Of a DNA stretch of 64,000 bases, positions 1 through 12,199 are shown piece after piece. Every line of letters begins with the position of its first letter. Position 1 is the first letter of the stretch. The DNA is from Squalus acanthias (taxonomy: Eukaryota), in assembly GCA_030390025.1 (NCBI GenBank), contig CM059433.1, positions 9,736,001 through 9,800,000 of the forward strand, written 5' to 3'. Below the pieces are notes generated by a model. The model was given only the letters and a program-made list of their open reading frames with translations. It was not told where the DNA came from and did not search any database. The position numbers and the translations under genes are program-made.

Positions 1-205
1 ATAGCTGAAGCGCTGCAGCCCAGGTAACATCCTGGTGAATCTCCTCTGCACCCTCTCCAATGCAATCACATCCTTCCTATAGTGTGGCGACCAGAGCTGC
101 ACACAGTATTCCAGCTGTGGCCTAACTAGCGTTTTGTACAGCTCCATCATAACCTCCCTGCTCTTATATTCTATGCCTCGGCTAATGAAGGCAAGTATCC
201 CATAC
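1..205 (-). mobile_element. CR1 LINE ORF2 fragment
   Basis: Reverse strand encodes the RPQLEYCVQLWSPHYRKDV...RFTRML motif of the CR1 RT C-terminus. Confidence 0.85.
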
Positions 206-670
206 GTGCTATTGTATAATTGTTTCTCACTGTCTAAAAAGAACTGGATATGACCAGCACAGGAAGCTATTAGTAATCAATAGGTGCTGGTAGTAATTGT
301 CAGATTTCATCTAGGTTAGATCATGTGCTGTTAGATTTAAAATTGCTACCATGCAATAAGCAATGTCAAATGACCATGTCAAATTGAAAAGTTTTTTTTT
401 AACATAGTAACAGAGGTATCAATCCTAATTAGACCGGACTAATTACTTCCAGCACATTCCCTTATGCGTACAATTTGTTATGACTGCAAAAGTCATGTTC
501 CCTATGATTCTAACCGAAAGGTTTGTTTGTTATTCCCCTGTTGTCACAGTGGGGACTGATGTTGGGGTAAGTTCTCATGGGTACGGGCAGCTCTCCCGTG
601 CCTCCCCAAGTGTCCACTCCTCATGTATGAGCTTAGACATTGAGCAGCAGTTGGATTTTAATCAGATAGT

Positions 671-1560
671 CATATCGGCACAGAAGGAGGCCATTCGGCC
701 CATCGAGTTTGTGCCGGCTCTCTGTAGAGCAATCCAGTCAGTCCCATTCCCCCGCTCTATCCCCGTAGCCCTGCAAGCTTATTTCCCTCAAGTACCGATC
801 CAGTCTCCCCTTGAAAACATTGAGTGTCTCCGCTTCCACCACTTCCGTCGGCAGTGAATTCCAGGTCATCACCACTCACTGTGTAAAAAAGTTTTTCCTC
901 ACATCACCCCCTGTATCTCTTGCCCAAAACCTTAAATCTGTATCCCCTAGTCCTTGTACCATCAACTAGTGGGAACAGCCTTTCCCCATCTAGCCTATCC
1001 AAGCCCATCATAATTTTGCACACCTCTATCAAATCACCCCTCAACCTCCTTTGCTCTAATGAAAACAAATCCAGCTTCTCCAACCTGTCCTTGTAGCTAA
1101 GATCCACCATCCCCGGAACCATCCTGATAAATCTCCTCTGCACCCTCTCAAGGGCCTTCACATCCTTCCTAAAGTGTGGTGACCAGAACTGGATGCAATA
1201 CTCCAGTTGTGGCCTAACCAGCGCTTTATAAAGGTTCAGCATAACTTCTCTACTTTTGTACTCAATACCTCTATTTATGAAGCCCAAGATCCCATATGCT
1301 TTGCTAACCACTCTCTCAATATGTCCCGCCACCTTCAGGGACCTATGCCCATTAACTCCCAGGTCCCTCTGTCCTGGCACACTCTTTAAAACTGTGCCAT
1401 TAAGTGTATATTGCCTCTCCCTGTTCCTTCTGCCAAAATGCATCACCTCACACTTCTCTGTATTAAATTCCACCTGCCACTTGTCTGCCCATTCTGCTAG
1501 CCTTTCTATGTCCTGTTGCAGTCGATTGGTATCATCATCACTGTTTGCCACACCCCCAGT
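671..1560 (-). mobile_element. CR1 LINE, 5'-truncated (RT C-terminus plus 3' UTR); empty-site reference for the copies at 39295 and 53207
   Basis: ORF 904..1641 contains WADKWQVEFNTEKC, RPQLEYCIQFWSP and RRLRGDLIE; the 3' UTR ends at ...gtgccgatatg. Confidence 0.92.
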
Positions 1561-1781
1561 CTTTCGTCCTTTGTTATTCGAGTGAGTCCATGCCCCATTG
1601 TTACCTATCCTATACTGGACATCTAATACTGACTTCGTCATGTCTTCTCTCTCTCATCATCAATAACAATTTACACATGGAGCACCTTAACGAAATGAAA
1701 TATCCCAAGGCGTGGTAGTATAGTGATCATGGTACTGGATCAACAACCCAAAAATTGAGTTCAAATCACTTGCCACCACAG

Positions 1782-1950
1782 GAATGTAGGAACAGGAGCA
1801 GGCCATTCAGCCCCTCAAGCTTGTTCCACCATTCAATCAGATGATGGTTGATCTGTACCTTAACTCCATCTCCTCCACCTTGGCTCCATAACCCTTAGTA
1901 CCCTTGCCTAACAAAAATCTATCAATCTCAATTTTGAAATCTTCAATCGA
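1782..1950 (-). mobile_element. CR1 3' end fragment
   Basis: aggaacaggagcaggccattcagcccctc 3' UTR motif shared with other CR1 copies. Confidence 0.7.
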
Positions 1951-2327
1951 CCACGGCAAATTGTGACATTGAACTCAATAATTCTGGTAATTTGTGGATG
2001 AGCACCAGACTAAAATAGCACAAAACCTGCTGGATTGCCTTCGAAACCAACGAGTGTCATTTGGGTAAGGGAACCTGCCATTCCTACCTGTTTGACTGTT
2101 AACGCGCTGTAATGGCCGAGCAATAATGCAGACAATTACTATTCACGAAGAAGGCCGACAATCACCTTTTCAGGATATCTGGGGAAGGGCAATAAAATGT
2201 GGCCTCACCGCTTTTCAGGAACAAATAATAAAATTGAGCAGAAATGGGGAGAATAAGGTTAGGGGAGGCACGAAAAGGTGAAGTTCAACAGGTAGGTTTT
2301 GAGTATGTTTTTTCTCGTTTTTTTTTA

Positions 2328-2553
2328 TGGGATGTGGGCGTCGCTGGTAAGGCCAGCATTTATTGCCCATCCTTAATTACCCTTGAGAAGGTGGTGGTGA
2401 GCCGCCTTCTTGAACAGCTGCAGTCCATGTGGTGAAGGTACTCCCACAGTGCTGTTAGGGAGGGAGTTCCAGGATTTTGACCCAGCGACGATGAAGGATC
2501 GGCCGATATACTTCTAAGTCAGGATGGTGTGTGACTTGGGGGGGAACTTGATG
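2328..2553 (-). mobile_element. CR1-group (Zenon/Crack-like) LINE 3' end
   Basis: gggatgtgggcgtcgctgg...gcatttattgcccatcc motif matching the 3' end of the long copy at 58975-59920. Confidence 0.8.
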
Positions 2554-3236
2554 GTAGGCCGTTATGGTAGAAGAATGATGGTGGAATGGAGCGGGTGGAT
2601 ATACGGAAGGTCTAATTCAGAGCTGGAGCATAAGGCTGGCGGTGGTTGCAGAAGCAGCCTGAGACAAGGCCATTGAGGGATTTACAAATAAGGATGAGAA
2701 GCTTGAATTCAATTTGCTAACAGATGACGATCGTGGAGGTTGGCAAGAGCATGAGTGATGGGTGTGTTACAATTCAGAGTTTCACCCAATGCTTTTTATT
2801 CATGTTCACAGCAAAAATGCAATTTTCATAAGTAGTTCCCCATCACCCATGAACTGAAACTTACAACCTAATGTATGACATGACTGGGATAGCATGCCAC
2901 AGGACGAACAATTACTCTTTTATCTCCGAGTCTTGCAATGGAGATTATGTGGGCTGTCCATCACATTCTCCTGTACTTCGACTTATAGTATCAGATCATT
3001 GCATTCAGACTAAAATTAATAGTTGCATTTAGTTCGAAGTAAAACAGCTACACAGAATCAGAAACACACCACAAGAAACTAGCAGAACAATACTTGAATT
3101 ATTACTTAAATAGGAGTGCTGACCTTACATGGGGAAGGTTGACAGAATGCCTTTTTACTCCTCAATGTGGACGTAGTCAGTCAAAATGGAATTCAAAATT
3201 CTGGGGCTGCTGTCCAGATATTTTTTTAAGTCGATT

Positions 3237-3680
3237 ATGGGATGTGGGCGTCACTGGTAAGGCCAGCATTTATTGCCTATCCCTAATTGCCCTTGAGAAG
3301 GTGGTGGTGAGCCGCCTTCTTGAACCGCTGCAGTCCGTGTGGTGAAGGTGCTCCCACAGTGCTGTTAGGGAGGGAGTTCCAGGATTTTGACCCAGCGACG
3401 ATGAAGGATTGGCCGATATACTTCTAAGTCAGGATGGTGTGTGACTTGGAGGGGAATTTGGAGGTGGTGGTGTTCCCATGCGCCTGATGCCCTTGTCCTT
3501 CTAGGTGGAAGAGGTCGCAGGTTTGGGAGGTGCTGCCGAAGAAGCCTTGGCGAGTTGCGGCAGTGCATCTTGTAGATGGTGCCCACTGCAGCCACGGTAC
3601 GCCGGTGGTGGAGGGAGTGAATGTTTAAGGTGGTGGATGGGGTGCCAATCAAGCGGGCTGCTTTGTCCTGGATGGTCCCA
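3237..3680 (-). mobile_element. CR1-group (Zenon/Crack-like) LINE 3' end
   Basis: Same family; ORF IGTPSTTLNIHSLHHRRTVAAV. Confidence 0.85.
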
Positions 3681-3734
3681 GATATAATCCTGTCCTTTGA
3701 AGTCGAGGCACTTTATTTGCAGAAGAAACATACC

Positions 3735-3916
3735 GGGGTAGAAATTCGTCTGGGGCGGTAGGGCAAATCGGGTCGTCTCGTATCAGCCACCTGTTACACG
3801 CCCCGCTGGATATATTCACTTCAATAGAACTGCATAGCGGGCAGGGCATGAAAGGTGCGGCAGGTGTGACAATGCCGCCCGATCAGTGCTGCCACCCCGA
3901 GACAAATTCCTACCCC
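3735..3916. mobile_element. Harbinger-type MITE
   Basis: Imperfect TIRs GGGGTAGAAATTCGTCT / AGACAAATTCCTACCCC; TSD not preserved. Confidence 0.7.
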
Positions 3917-4235
3917 ATTCTTTCTCCGTAGTCTTTGGAAGCTGGCTGGCTAGGACGGCATTAGCAAAGGTTAAACCTGGAGGTAACAAAGGTTGGATGA
4001 GAGTTTTTGAGTGGCCGTGGGATGAGCAACTGCTCAACCCTTCTAAGCATGCCAGGATTGCCAGCAAAAACTGTTTTACTTTACTTGCAGCACCCGTGTT
4101 GTTTTCCACATCTACTTGAGTCAGCTATCACGATTCTTGATCATGTGTTTTGTATCAAATATTTTTACAACAAAATCTATCAAAGATAAATCACTTCCCC
4201 TGCTCCTAGGTTCCAGTCTCTCTTGGATACAGGAA

Positions 4236-4485
4236 AAGAACATAAGAACATAAGAAACAGGAGCAGGAGTCGGTCATTTGGCCCCTCGAGCCTGCTCCGC
4301 CATTCAATAAGATCATGGCTGATCTTCTACCTCATCTCCACTTTCCTGCACTATCCCCATATCACTTGATTCCCTTAATATTCAAAAATCTATCGACCTC
4401 TGTCTTGAATATGCTCAACGACTGAGCCTCCACAGCCCTCTGGGGTAGAGAATTCCAAAGATTCACCGCCCACTGAATGAAGAAT
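4236..4485 (-). mobile_element. CR1 3' end fragment
   Basis: (AAGAACAT)n tail and 3' UTR as in the copies at 24997 and 60282. Confidence 0.85.
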
Positions 4486-4927
4486 AAAAGAATAACGCTT
4501 GCTTAATTAATTTATTTTTAACTCTAATTGCAGGCTGTGATACTGAGCACCTGTATTGTAACAGATGGCTATAGCAGTTACACAGTTACGTTGAGGGATT
4601 GCTGCAAACAGCTATAATCAGCTTAAGATTTGTATAAATGCTTTCGAGTTCATTTCTTGCCATCTGCCATTTAATACTAGAAAAAAAGATTGTAATCAGA
4701 CCAGGCTGAAGTATTTTGCGGTACTTTCTCTCGCTTCCGTTTCCAAGGTGTTCCGTACAAAGGCTGCTAATGCTTTGGTTGCCATCGGCACTGATCTTCT
4801 TCTGCAGCCCAAGTTGAATTGCCTCGCCTCAAAATTCCTGCAAATGAATTAAAACTTTGGCCCTAGATTCCTGCAAGGGTTTTCCTGATCTCTCACTGAA
4901 GTTACGGACGTTGGGAAAACCGGAGTG

Positions 4928-5295
4928 GAGATCCTGAGGGGTCTGGACAGGGTGGATGTGGAGAGGATGTTTCCTCTTGTGGGAGAATCTAGAACTCGGG
5001 GGTCACTGTTTAAAAATAAGGGGTCGCCCATTTAAGACAGAGATGAGGAGAAATTTTTTCTCACAGAGGGTCGTGAGTCTTTGGAACTCTCTTCCTCAGA
5101 GGGCGGTGGAAGCAGAGCCTTTGAATATTTTTAAGGCAGAGGTCGATAGATTCTTGGTGAGCAAGGGGTGAAAGGTTATCGGGGGTAGGCAGGAATGTGG
5201 AGTAATCAGATCAGCCATGATCTTATTGAATGGCGGAGCAGGTTCGAGGGGCCGAGTGGCCGACTCCTGCTCCTAGTTCGTATGTATGTTCGTAT
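4928..5295 (+). mobile_element. CR1 3' end fragment
   Basis: Encodes KIRGRPFKTEMRRNFFSQRVV, followed by 3' UTR and a gttcgtat tail. Confidence 0.85.
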
Positions 5296-5725
5296 GAGAT
5301 TTAAGGCTCCTGTGCTTTTCCCCCCTCCTCCCTTTTGCTTCACCCCTACCTCTGTCTCCTGATGGCACTGATGGTTGCTTGGGTACAGTTCCATTGACGC
5401 TGGCACCCCGTCCAACACCTCACCAAAGTAAGTAATCTTCATGTCTAAACTTGGATAGCAAGTGCCAGCAGACGATTGAAACACGCGGAACATCAAAGAA
5501 GGACCAGATTCCACTCGCTCCTGATATGCGCATACATGCACATTCCAGCAGGCAGCACTGATAAAGTGATCACAAATGGGGAACCCTGGTTGACTTTATC
5601 AAGAGGATCGATTCCTTCCTGTCCTACCTGGCTGTGGAGGTTTGCTGGAGCTGCACCCACCTGATTAACCAGAGGTTTTGCTGCTCTTCAATCCGTTAAA
5701 AAGAAACCATCAACTTCCTTATGGT

Positions 5726-5857
5726 ACGATAGCAAAATACTGCGGATGCTGGAAATCCGAAATAACAACAGAAAACGCTGGAAAAACTCAGCAGGCCAGG
5801 CAGCATCCGTGGAGAGAGAAACAGAGTTAACGTTTCAGGTCGAAGACCTTTCGTCAG
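5726..5857 (-). mobile_element. Short Penelope-derived retroposon (family B) carrying a hammerhead motif
   Basis: Flanked by 14-bp direct repeat AACTTCCTTAYGGT (5712-5725 and 5858-5871); near-identical to 47127-47225. Confidence 0.8.
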
Positions 5858-5861
5858 AACT
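5825..5861 (-). ncRNA. Minimal type-I hammerhead ribozyme motif (family B)
   Basis: AGTT-CTGACGA-A-AGGTC(TTC)GACCT-GAA-ACGT-T-AACT: core boxes, stems I and II, palindromic stem III. Confidence 0.75.
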
Positions 5862-6307
5862 TCCTTACGGTGATGGGTTGGTAGCTGCATCGCCCATGTA
5901 GAACCATGAAATGAGAGATGTTTCTGGTAGTCAACGGCTTCCTTTTTTGTGCCAGTAATCATCGTCCCCCAATTTTCAATGATCAGGTATGTTGAGAGTG
6001 GCAAGATGTTAAGAGCTTATCATGTGGTTGCGGTTTCTTTACAAGCACAACATCTCACACTTTCAGAGAAGGTTCTTTGGCATTCTTGATTCCATCGGCG
6101 TAAGTTTTCTGCTTTAGCACTCTCCCTCTGACAGATCTCCAGATCTCTCTCATCCTTGTGTCGAATGGGAAATGTAGTCCTGAAGGTCTGATGAACAGTA
6201 CCAATGTGGGTGGAGTGTCGATTGAGCTGCATGGAGTTGTTGAGTCATTCCTGAACAATTCTAGGTTTAAGGCTTTCCTTTTTATTGTAGCAATGTGAAG
6301 ACCTTCA

Positions 6308-7149
6308 GGGGGAAATATTCGGTTGGTTAGCGCCTCCCGTTAGTGTCTCCGGGGTGGTGCTAATGGGGCGCTAGCAACTTAGCGCCCGAGCGCAACGGTT
6401 TTAGCGCCGCTCGCGAAATTGACCTGTCATTTTGTGCTGGCACTAATCACTACCGCCACGATCTCCTGCGCCCGCAGATCGTGACGTCAGTCGAGCGTGC
6501 AACGCCCCGGTAGCGCCTCGGACCGGATATTGAGTTGCGCTCCCTGCCTTAGTGCCTGCCGCTAGGAACGACAGGTAGAGGGGAACGTTTTCAAGTCGGG
6601 AAGGGGCTGGGAGAGTGCTATTTAAAGGCGGGCGCTCCCTGCTTTTTCTTGTTGGCAAAATTTTTGGTACACGCAGGGTGAGAGGGAGAGAGACGTCTGG
6701 AGAGCTTTAACGCTGTCCTAAGGAGTTTTGGTCCTCAGAACCACTTTTGAGGTTCCTAAGCACCGAGCTCTTTCCCTGGGCCTATCCATTAGTGCTTCCA
6801 ACACAATTGCTTTAGAGGTCTCTCCAGGCCGAGATTCAAGGCTGCAATGGGCAGGGTGTGGCTGGCCAGCAAGATGGCCCCTCCCCTTTAAGAACTGGAC
6901 GGCGCCAGTCTGTCTGGCTTCCATGGTAACTGACATCGCCTGAGCTTCGGTAGCGTTCTGAGGTAGCGCCTCGCTCCCCGACATTAGCGCCTTAAGAGAG
7001 GTGTATAGCGCTTGATTTAGCGCTCAAATCACATCATGGGGCAATAGAGGCAATTTTTGCATTCGGAGGCGATAATTAGCGCCGGGCGCTAAACTTTGCG
7101 TCCGGCCGATATTAGCGCCCCAAAATGGGCGACACCCAATTTTTTCCCC
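6308..7149. mobile_element. Non-autonomous Harbinger element (MITE)
   Basis: GGGGGAAA...TTTTCCCC termini with 3-bp TSD TCA; homologous, in opposite orientation, to 40796-41687. Confidence 0.85.
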
Positions 7150-7687
7150 TCAGTATTTTCATGATCTTTCAACTTTGGTGTTGGCTTGAGTTATCTTAAA
7201 CTAAGGTATCAGCAAACAAAGTCAATTTGATTCCAATAGAGTGGGCCATTGTCTCCTGTAATAACCAGTAGAATGCCATAAGATGAAAAGATGTGGTATG
7301 ACTGCTTTAACTCTGGCTGTAGTTGCTGTCTTAACTACAGGGAATGTTTAATCATCCATCACCCCAGCAACCATCCACCATTAGAAAGGGCATACAAGTT
7401 GACTCTGACTTTGGGCATGTATGATTCCTGTGACAAAACGCATGAATGCATGGCCTTGTTGCTGAGCCATTGCGTGAGCCTATCTTGTGAAATGCCAATT
7501 GATTGTGAAGACACTTAATGGGTTTGTCCTTGACTTTTTAGAATAATGTGATGTAAATCGCATCATAAACAGACAAATATGTAATTGGAAATGGATTCTA
7601 GATTTTTTTTTGTTGTGGAAAAACTTTAATGCCACTTCCACCTGTCCAGCTTGGTCATGGGTTACACTGTATTTTTAAAACTTCATT

Positions 7688-7995
7688 CATGGAATGTGGG
7701 CGTCACTGGCAAGGCCAGCATTTATTGCCCATCCCTAATTGCCCTTGATAAGGTGGTGGTGAGCCGCCTTCTTGAACCGCTGCAGTCCGTGTGGTGAAGG
7801 TGCTCCCACAGTGCTGTTAGGTAGGGAGTTCCAGGATTTTGACCCAGTGATAATGAAGGAACAGCGATATATTTCCAAATCAGGATGTTGTGTGACTTGG
7901 AGGGGAACTTGCAGGTGATGGTGTTCCCACGCGCCTGCTGCCCTTGTCCTTCTAAGTGGTAGTGGCATGTTTGAGAGGTGCTGTCGAAACACCAA
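7688..7995 (-). mobile_element. CR1-group (Zenon/Crack-like) LINE 3' end
   Basis: Same 3' motif family as 2328 and 3237. Confidence 0.82.
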
Positions 7996-8037
7996 GAATA
8001 AAAGTAGAGATTATAATAGTCTTTCACTGCAATCCAG

Positions 8038-8700
8038 TGTAAGATGTAAGGAAATCACCCTGTCAAACAGTTTATAGAGTTCAGACCCGTGGAACAGACA
8101 ACTCGAGACAAAGATTTCAGGGTAAACTATTCTTTGCTTAAAATCAGCAAGAGGTTACAAGTAAGTGCCAAATACAAACCGTACTCAATTCATTGACTTA
8201 TTACAAGCAAGCATGCATGAATCTAAATAAATCACTTACTTTAAGCTCAAGTGATCATAAGCAACCACATACGTACTAACACCAGTGAGAGGTCAATTCA
8301 GCGATGACTAGACGTATGACTTTGACTGGCAACTGGCCAGGTTGTCCGCGACTGCAGCCGCGAGTGGCCAGTCTACAGCATCACTTATACCCCAAAAACT
8401 TGGCAACTTGCCCACAGCATTCATGTCCCGCACTGTGTGAACAGCATTGCTTTCTCTCTCTCCTTTCCCATCTGTTTGACGCTTAGTTAACCAAGGCTAG
8501 ACGTTCAGGGGTTGGAGATAGTCCTAGTTTTTGCATCTGAGGGTTGACTCCCTGTTCTCACAGAATTTTTAAGATCTTATCATTCGGAGGACAAGCACAT
8601 CATTTTTTTTACAAATATTTTTAGCCAAGCAGTCTCTTGCCCTCAAAGCTTGTCGGTACATTTGGTCACTTTAGATTCAGTCAAACGGTAGATTCTTACA
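8038..8700 (-). mobile_element. Solo LTR (ERV or Gypsy type)
   Basis: Termini TGTAAGA...TCTTACA (7-bp inverted repeat), 4-bp TSD CCAG on both sides, minus-strand TATAAG at 8384-8389. Confidence 0.75.
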
Positions 8701-10792
8701 CCAGTAAGGAGTACAGTTCGCACAAAAGGCATACCTCAGGAAATGGCAGAAATGGAAAAGCCCATGGCTTTCTGTTCATTCATTTTAATCACAGGTTGCA
8801 TGCTTGCGATTTTCCACGATGTGCTCTCGGCGAAGGCCACGTTACTATGCTGTTTCTCTTTGGAAGAGAAAAAGTAGTGCGCACGCTGAAAGTTATTTAT
8901 CCAGTTGACCTTGAAGAGCATTCTTAACTTGTGGACTGGAGCGTGAGATGATTGCTGAATGAGCTTTGTGGTGAGTCCAGCAATCAGTTCAGCATCCCAG
9001 CCCACAAGCTGAGAGTAGGCTTGATCTTTCTGGGAAACTAATATAGATTATCTTCAGCATTAGAGGCTGACAGAAAATCACTCTTGCTGCTCAAATGTGT
9101 GCATATTTTCAAAGTTGTAAAGTGTATTTTGGTTCTCAAAGGGTTTGTGATACAAAGTAAGTGAAATTGCTTCATAAGGTAACCATTGCAATTAGCCCAT
9201 AGCATCAATCACAGCATGTCAGATATTGGTGTTAACTCCACACAAGGCAAAGATCTACCCCTTCCATGGACAACCTGCTCTTAGATGTATAACTGAACTA
9301 GTACTCTATACCAGACATTTCCATAGCTCTAGCATTGAAAAAAATGCATATTTTAATGTTATCAATCTATCTCGATCATTAATAGCATGATTGTGACCTC
9401 AGATTAAGGGTGGCACCGTGTAGCTGAAATTGCTATTCAGCCATTGAAATGGCAAAATCTGAGTGCAGTGCATTGAAGGATAGCTAAACAATGAACACCA
9501 CACACTCATTCACTCACTGTCAAGGTGAAGATCTTGAGGATAATTTGTGTCCGAGCCAACTGATGACAAAAGTCCTGGTCATCTCATCGTGGCGAGGTGT
9601 TTTTTTTTAAAAGAAACATTAACTTTGATGAGTTTACAGCTTCGGGTATTGTCAGTGGTCTGACCAAGGAGCAGTTGGGGCTTTGAGAATTCTTTGTGGA
9701 GTTTTGTATTACAACAAGCAAAAAAAAAAAAATGTTAAAAGTATATAAAAATAACGGCATCAGTTAGAAATCAATACCGGTTCTTGTCTTCCTTAATCCT
9801 GCTAAATTCTGGCGATCAGCCTGCATACAGACATTTTCACACCGTGGAATCAGATCGGTGTTGTAGAAATTGATTGCTTTTTTTCTCTCAAAGCTGACCT
9901 TGCCCGGCAGAATGAGCTCAAAGCTATGACTGGTGAAATTTCTAGCGCACTACAATATTTTATTTTTAGTCAGATTGGGGAAATTATTACATGTACTTTA
10001 AAATTACTTGTCAGCTTTTGCTATACCTCAAATGTGCAACTAAATCCTTTTTTTTCCCCACAATTTCTATTATTTTTTTTGTAGTTCTGGCAACCCTGCA
10101 ATAATATTGTACTGACGCAGCAAGATATCTTCAACAAAATAAAGTGAAAGCAGCGATCGGTTTACCTCTTTTTATTCTTTCCAATCAGCTAGCAGCTTAC
10201 CTTTTGGGAGTGAGACTTAGCAGATAGACACATACTTCTCTCAATGGCTTCTGGTGCTCACGCTTCCCGGTCGCACGCATTCAAATAGTATATTCCAAGA
10301 GTCTCAGAATCTAGCGGTGGAATTGAGCACTTTCATTTACTGTGATGTGTGGGGGAAGCAGGGCCTCAGAATTATGCACCACACATCAGACCATTTGAAA
10401 TGACTGCCCTGGAATCTTTAGAATCCACTGTGACCAGTAAAGTTATAGTCAAAGCTTTTTTCTACCTTCCTTGTTCTTTCAAACCGACAGTCCCTGGTAT
10501 CCAGTCTTGTAGGAGCCCCAGAAAAATGTATGTGCAATAAATTTGGTGTGAGAATATCAAGTCTGCTTTGTCGAAGGGGCTGCTTGAAAGACTTAATTAA
10601 AAGATGGATAAAAGCCTAGTTTCTGCCACTGATTTTCTCCTCAGTGATGCTGTCGTGACCAACCACACAGCCCCCTCCAACTGTGAATGTGCGATAACTT
10701 TGGCTGCCACTTTACTGCCAATGCTGCCCTGTGATTGATGAAAATGAGAAGTCGCACAACACCAGGTTATAGTCCAACAGATTTATTTAAAA

Positions 10793-10830
10793 TTACAAGC
10801 TTTCGGAGCTATCGCCCCTTCGTCAGGTAA
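10793..10830 (-). ncRNA. Minimal type-I hammerhead motif (family A)
   Basis: TTAC-CTGACGA-A-GGGGC(GATA)GCTCC-GAA-AGCT-T-GTAA on the minus strand. Confidence 0.72.
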
Positions 10831-10873
10831 AGTTACAATGAGTCAATCTACAAAAGTTCACAGAATATAAACT

Positions 10874-10911
10874 TTACCTGACGAAGGGACGATAGCTCCG
10901 AAAGCTTGTAA
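10874..10911 (+). ncRNA. Minimal type-I hammerhead motif (family A)
   Basis: TTAC-CTGACGA-A-GGGAC(GATA)GCTCC-GAA-AGCT-T-GTAA; one stem II mismatch. Confidence 0.68.
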
Positions 10912-11351
10912 TTTTAAATAAATCTGTTGGACTATAACCTGGTGTTGTGCGACTTCTCATTTTTGTCCACCCCAGTCCAACGCCGGCATCTCCGCACTGT
11001 GATTGATGGGCAGAGGCACAGCTCCATGGGGTCAAACAGGGACATCTATTATGACACAACATAAACTATTACAAATACAGTGAATAATTTACGGAAAATG
11101 TATCAGTGGCCTAATTCCAGTAGAATACTTTAGTAGTTTGCGTGAAGAGGGATACTACTAATAAATGTACTCCATAAATGGTGTTGAAACAGTTAAAGAT
11201 GAAGCTGTGAGATCTCGCTGCCTTAGTAGACTTGATGCTCAACACATCCAACCAATGCAGAGCACCAATCAACAAAGCCAAAAGAATGTCAAACTACACA
11301 GCCAAAACAGTCGAATACAAGTTAGAGGAAGTTGTGCTCTGGTCAGGCTAT

Positions 11352-11567
11352 GTAGAATAGAATCATAGAGTCCTACAGCACAGAAGGAGGCCATTCGGCC
11401 CATCGTGCCTGTGCCGGCTCTGTGAAAGAGCTCTCCAATTACTTCCACTCCCCAGCATTTTCCCCATAAATCCTGCAAATGAGTCCTCTTCAAGTGCATG
11501 TCCAGTTGCCCTTTGAAAGTTCCTATGGAATCTGCTTCCACCACATTTTCAGGTAGTGAGTTCTGAT
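11352..11567 (-). mobile_element. CR1 3' end fragment
   Basis: catagagtcctacagcacagaaggaggccattcggccc tail; encodes LPENVVEADSIGTFKGQLD. Confidence 0.82.
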
Positions 11568-11589
11568 CACCAAGAAACGAGAGAGACAT

Positions 11590-12050
11590 TTAAGCACAGG
11601 GGGCAATGCAGAGAAGGAGGCATGAAGCTGACCCCACAAGTGTCAACGGTCTGAATTACGAGAAAGACTGGAGAGACTTTTGGGCTTTTCAACCTGTGAA
11701 AAGAGGCATCTGAGAGGTGATCTTGTAGACTTTTGCAAGCTAGCTAAGGGAATGGAGAAGGCAAGTCCAGAGTACTACTTCAAACAAGGAGGAGAAGGGA
11801 TTAGGTTCAAACAAAAAGATAAATTTAGTGCTGATATCAGGAAGTCCTTCGTCACAAAAAGTGATCAACACTTGGGATGGACTTCTAAACAGAGTAGTGT
11901 TGGAAAACCCCTGATATATATATATATAAAAAAACAATTACATGTATTACTGGGGTGGGGGTAGTGGTGGTGGTGGGGGGGATGGAACTGTTGGGTATTC
12001 CTTGATGGATGAATTAAGATGGGCCAAATGGCCTTCCTCATCTGTGAGTA
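11590..12050 (+). mobile_element. Old, decayed CR1 3' region
   Basis: Encodes EKRHLRGDLV; ends in a gatgggccaaatggccttcctc 3' motif. Confidence 0.6.
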
Positions 12051-12199
12051 TTTTGTGGCGTCTACAGTACTTCAAAGTCACTATTAATTCCAGACTTCTT
12101 GCACTATTTCACCTTTTTCAAACTTCACTTACATCAGTGTTAAATCTGATGCTAACCGAAAAGAGCTTCATATGGAACCATCACTTGGGGACAACACCA

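Larger units (their letters stand above)
5700..6270 (-). pseudogene. Gypsy/Ty3 integrase C-terminal remnant
   Basis: Frameshifted peptides FRNDSTTPCSSIDTPPTLVLFIRP, KQKTYADGIKNAKEPSLKV*DVVLVKK, GTMITG and TRNISHF resemble the YRATPH..TPAELLFGR / YAD..LKVGDXVLV / G.MIT / RN.SHF integrase tail. Confidence 0.7.
10741..10996. mobile_element. Penelope pLTR inverted-repeat insertion (family A) with two hammerhead motifs
   Basis: Arms 10741-10834 and 10869-10962 are near-perfect reverse complements; 12-bp TSD CTGTGATTGATG at 10729-10740 and 10997-11008. Confidence 0.85.

Noticed and set aside
4690..5600. Possible minus-strand exon pair (donor near 5350, acceptor near 4838)
   Set aside because: Joining the open frame gives an immediate stop, the peptides are unrecognised, and the region adjoins a Gypsy remnant.
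8743..8877. 44-codon ORF with a signal-peptide-like hydrophobic stretch (MAEMEKPMAFCSFILITGCMLAIF...)
   Set aside because: Short, no convincing splice donor, no recognisable family and no partner exons.
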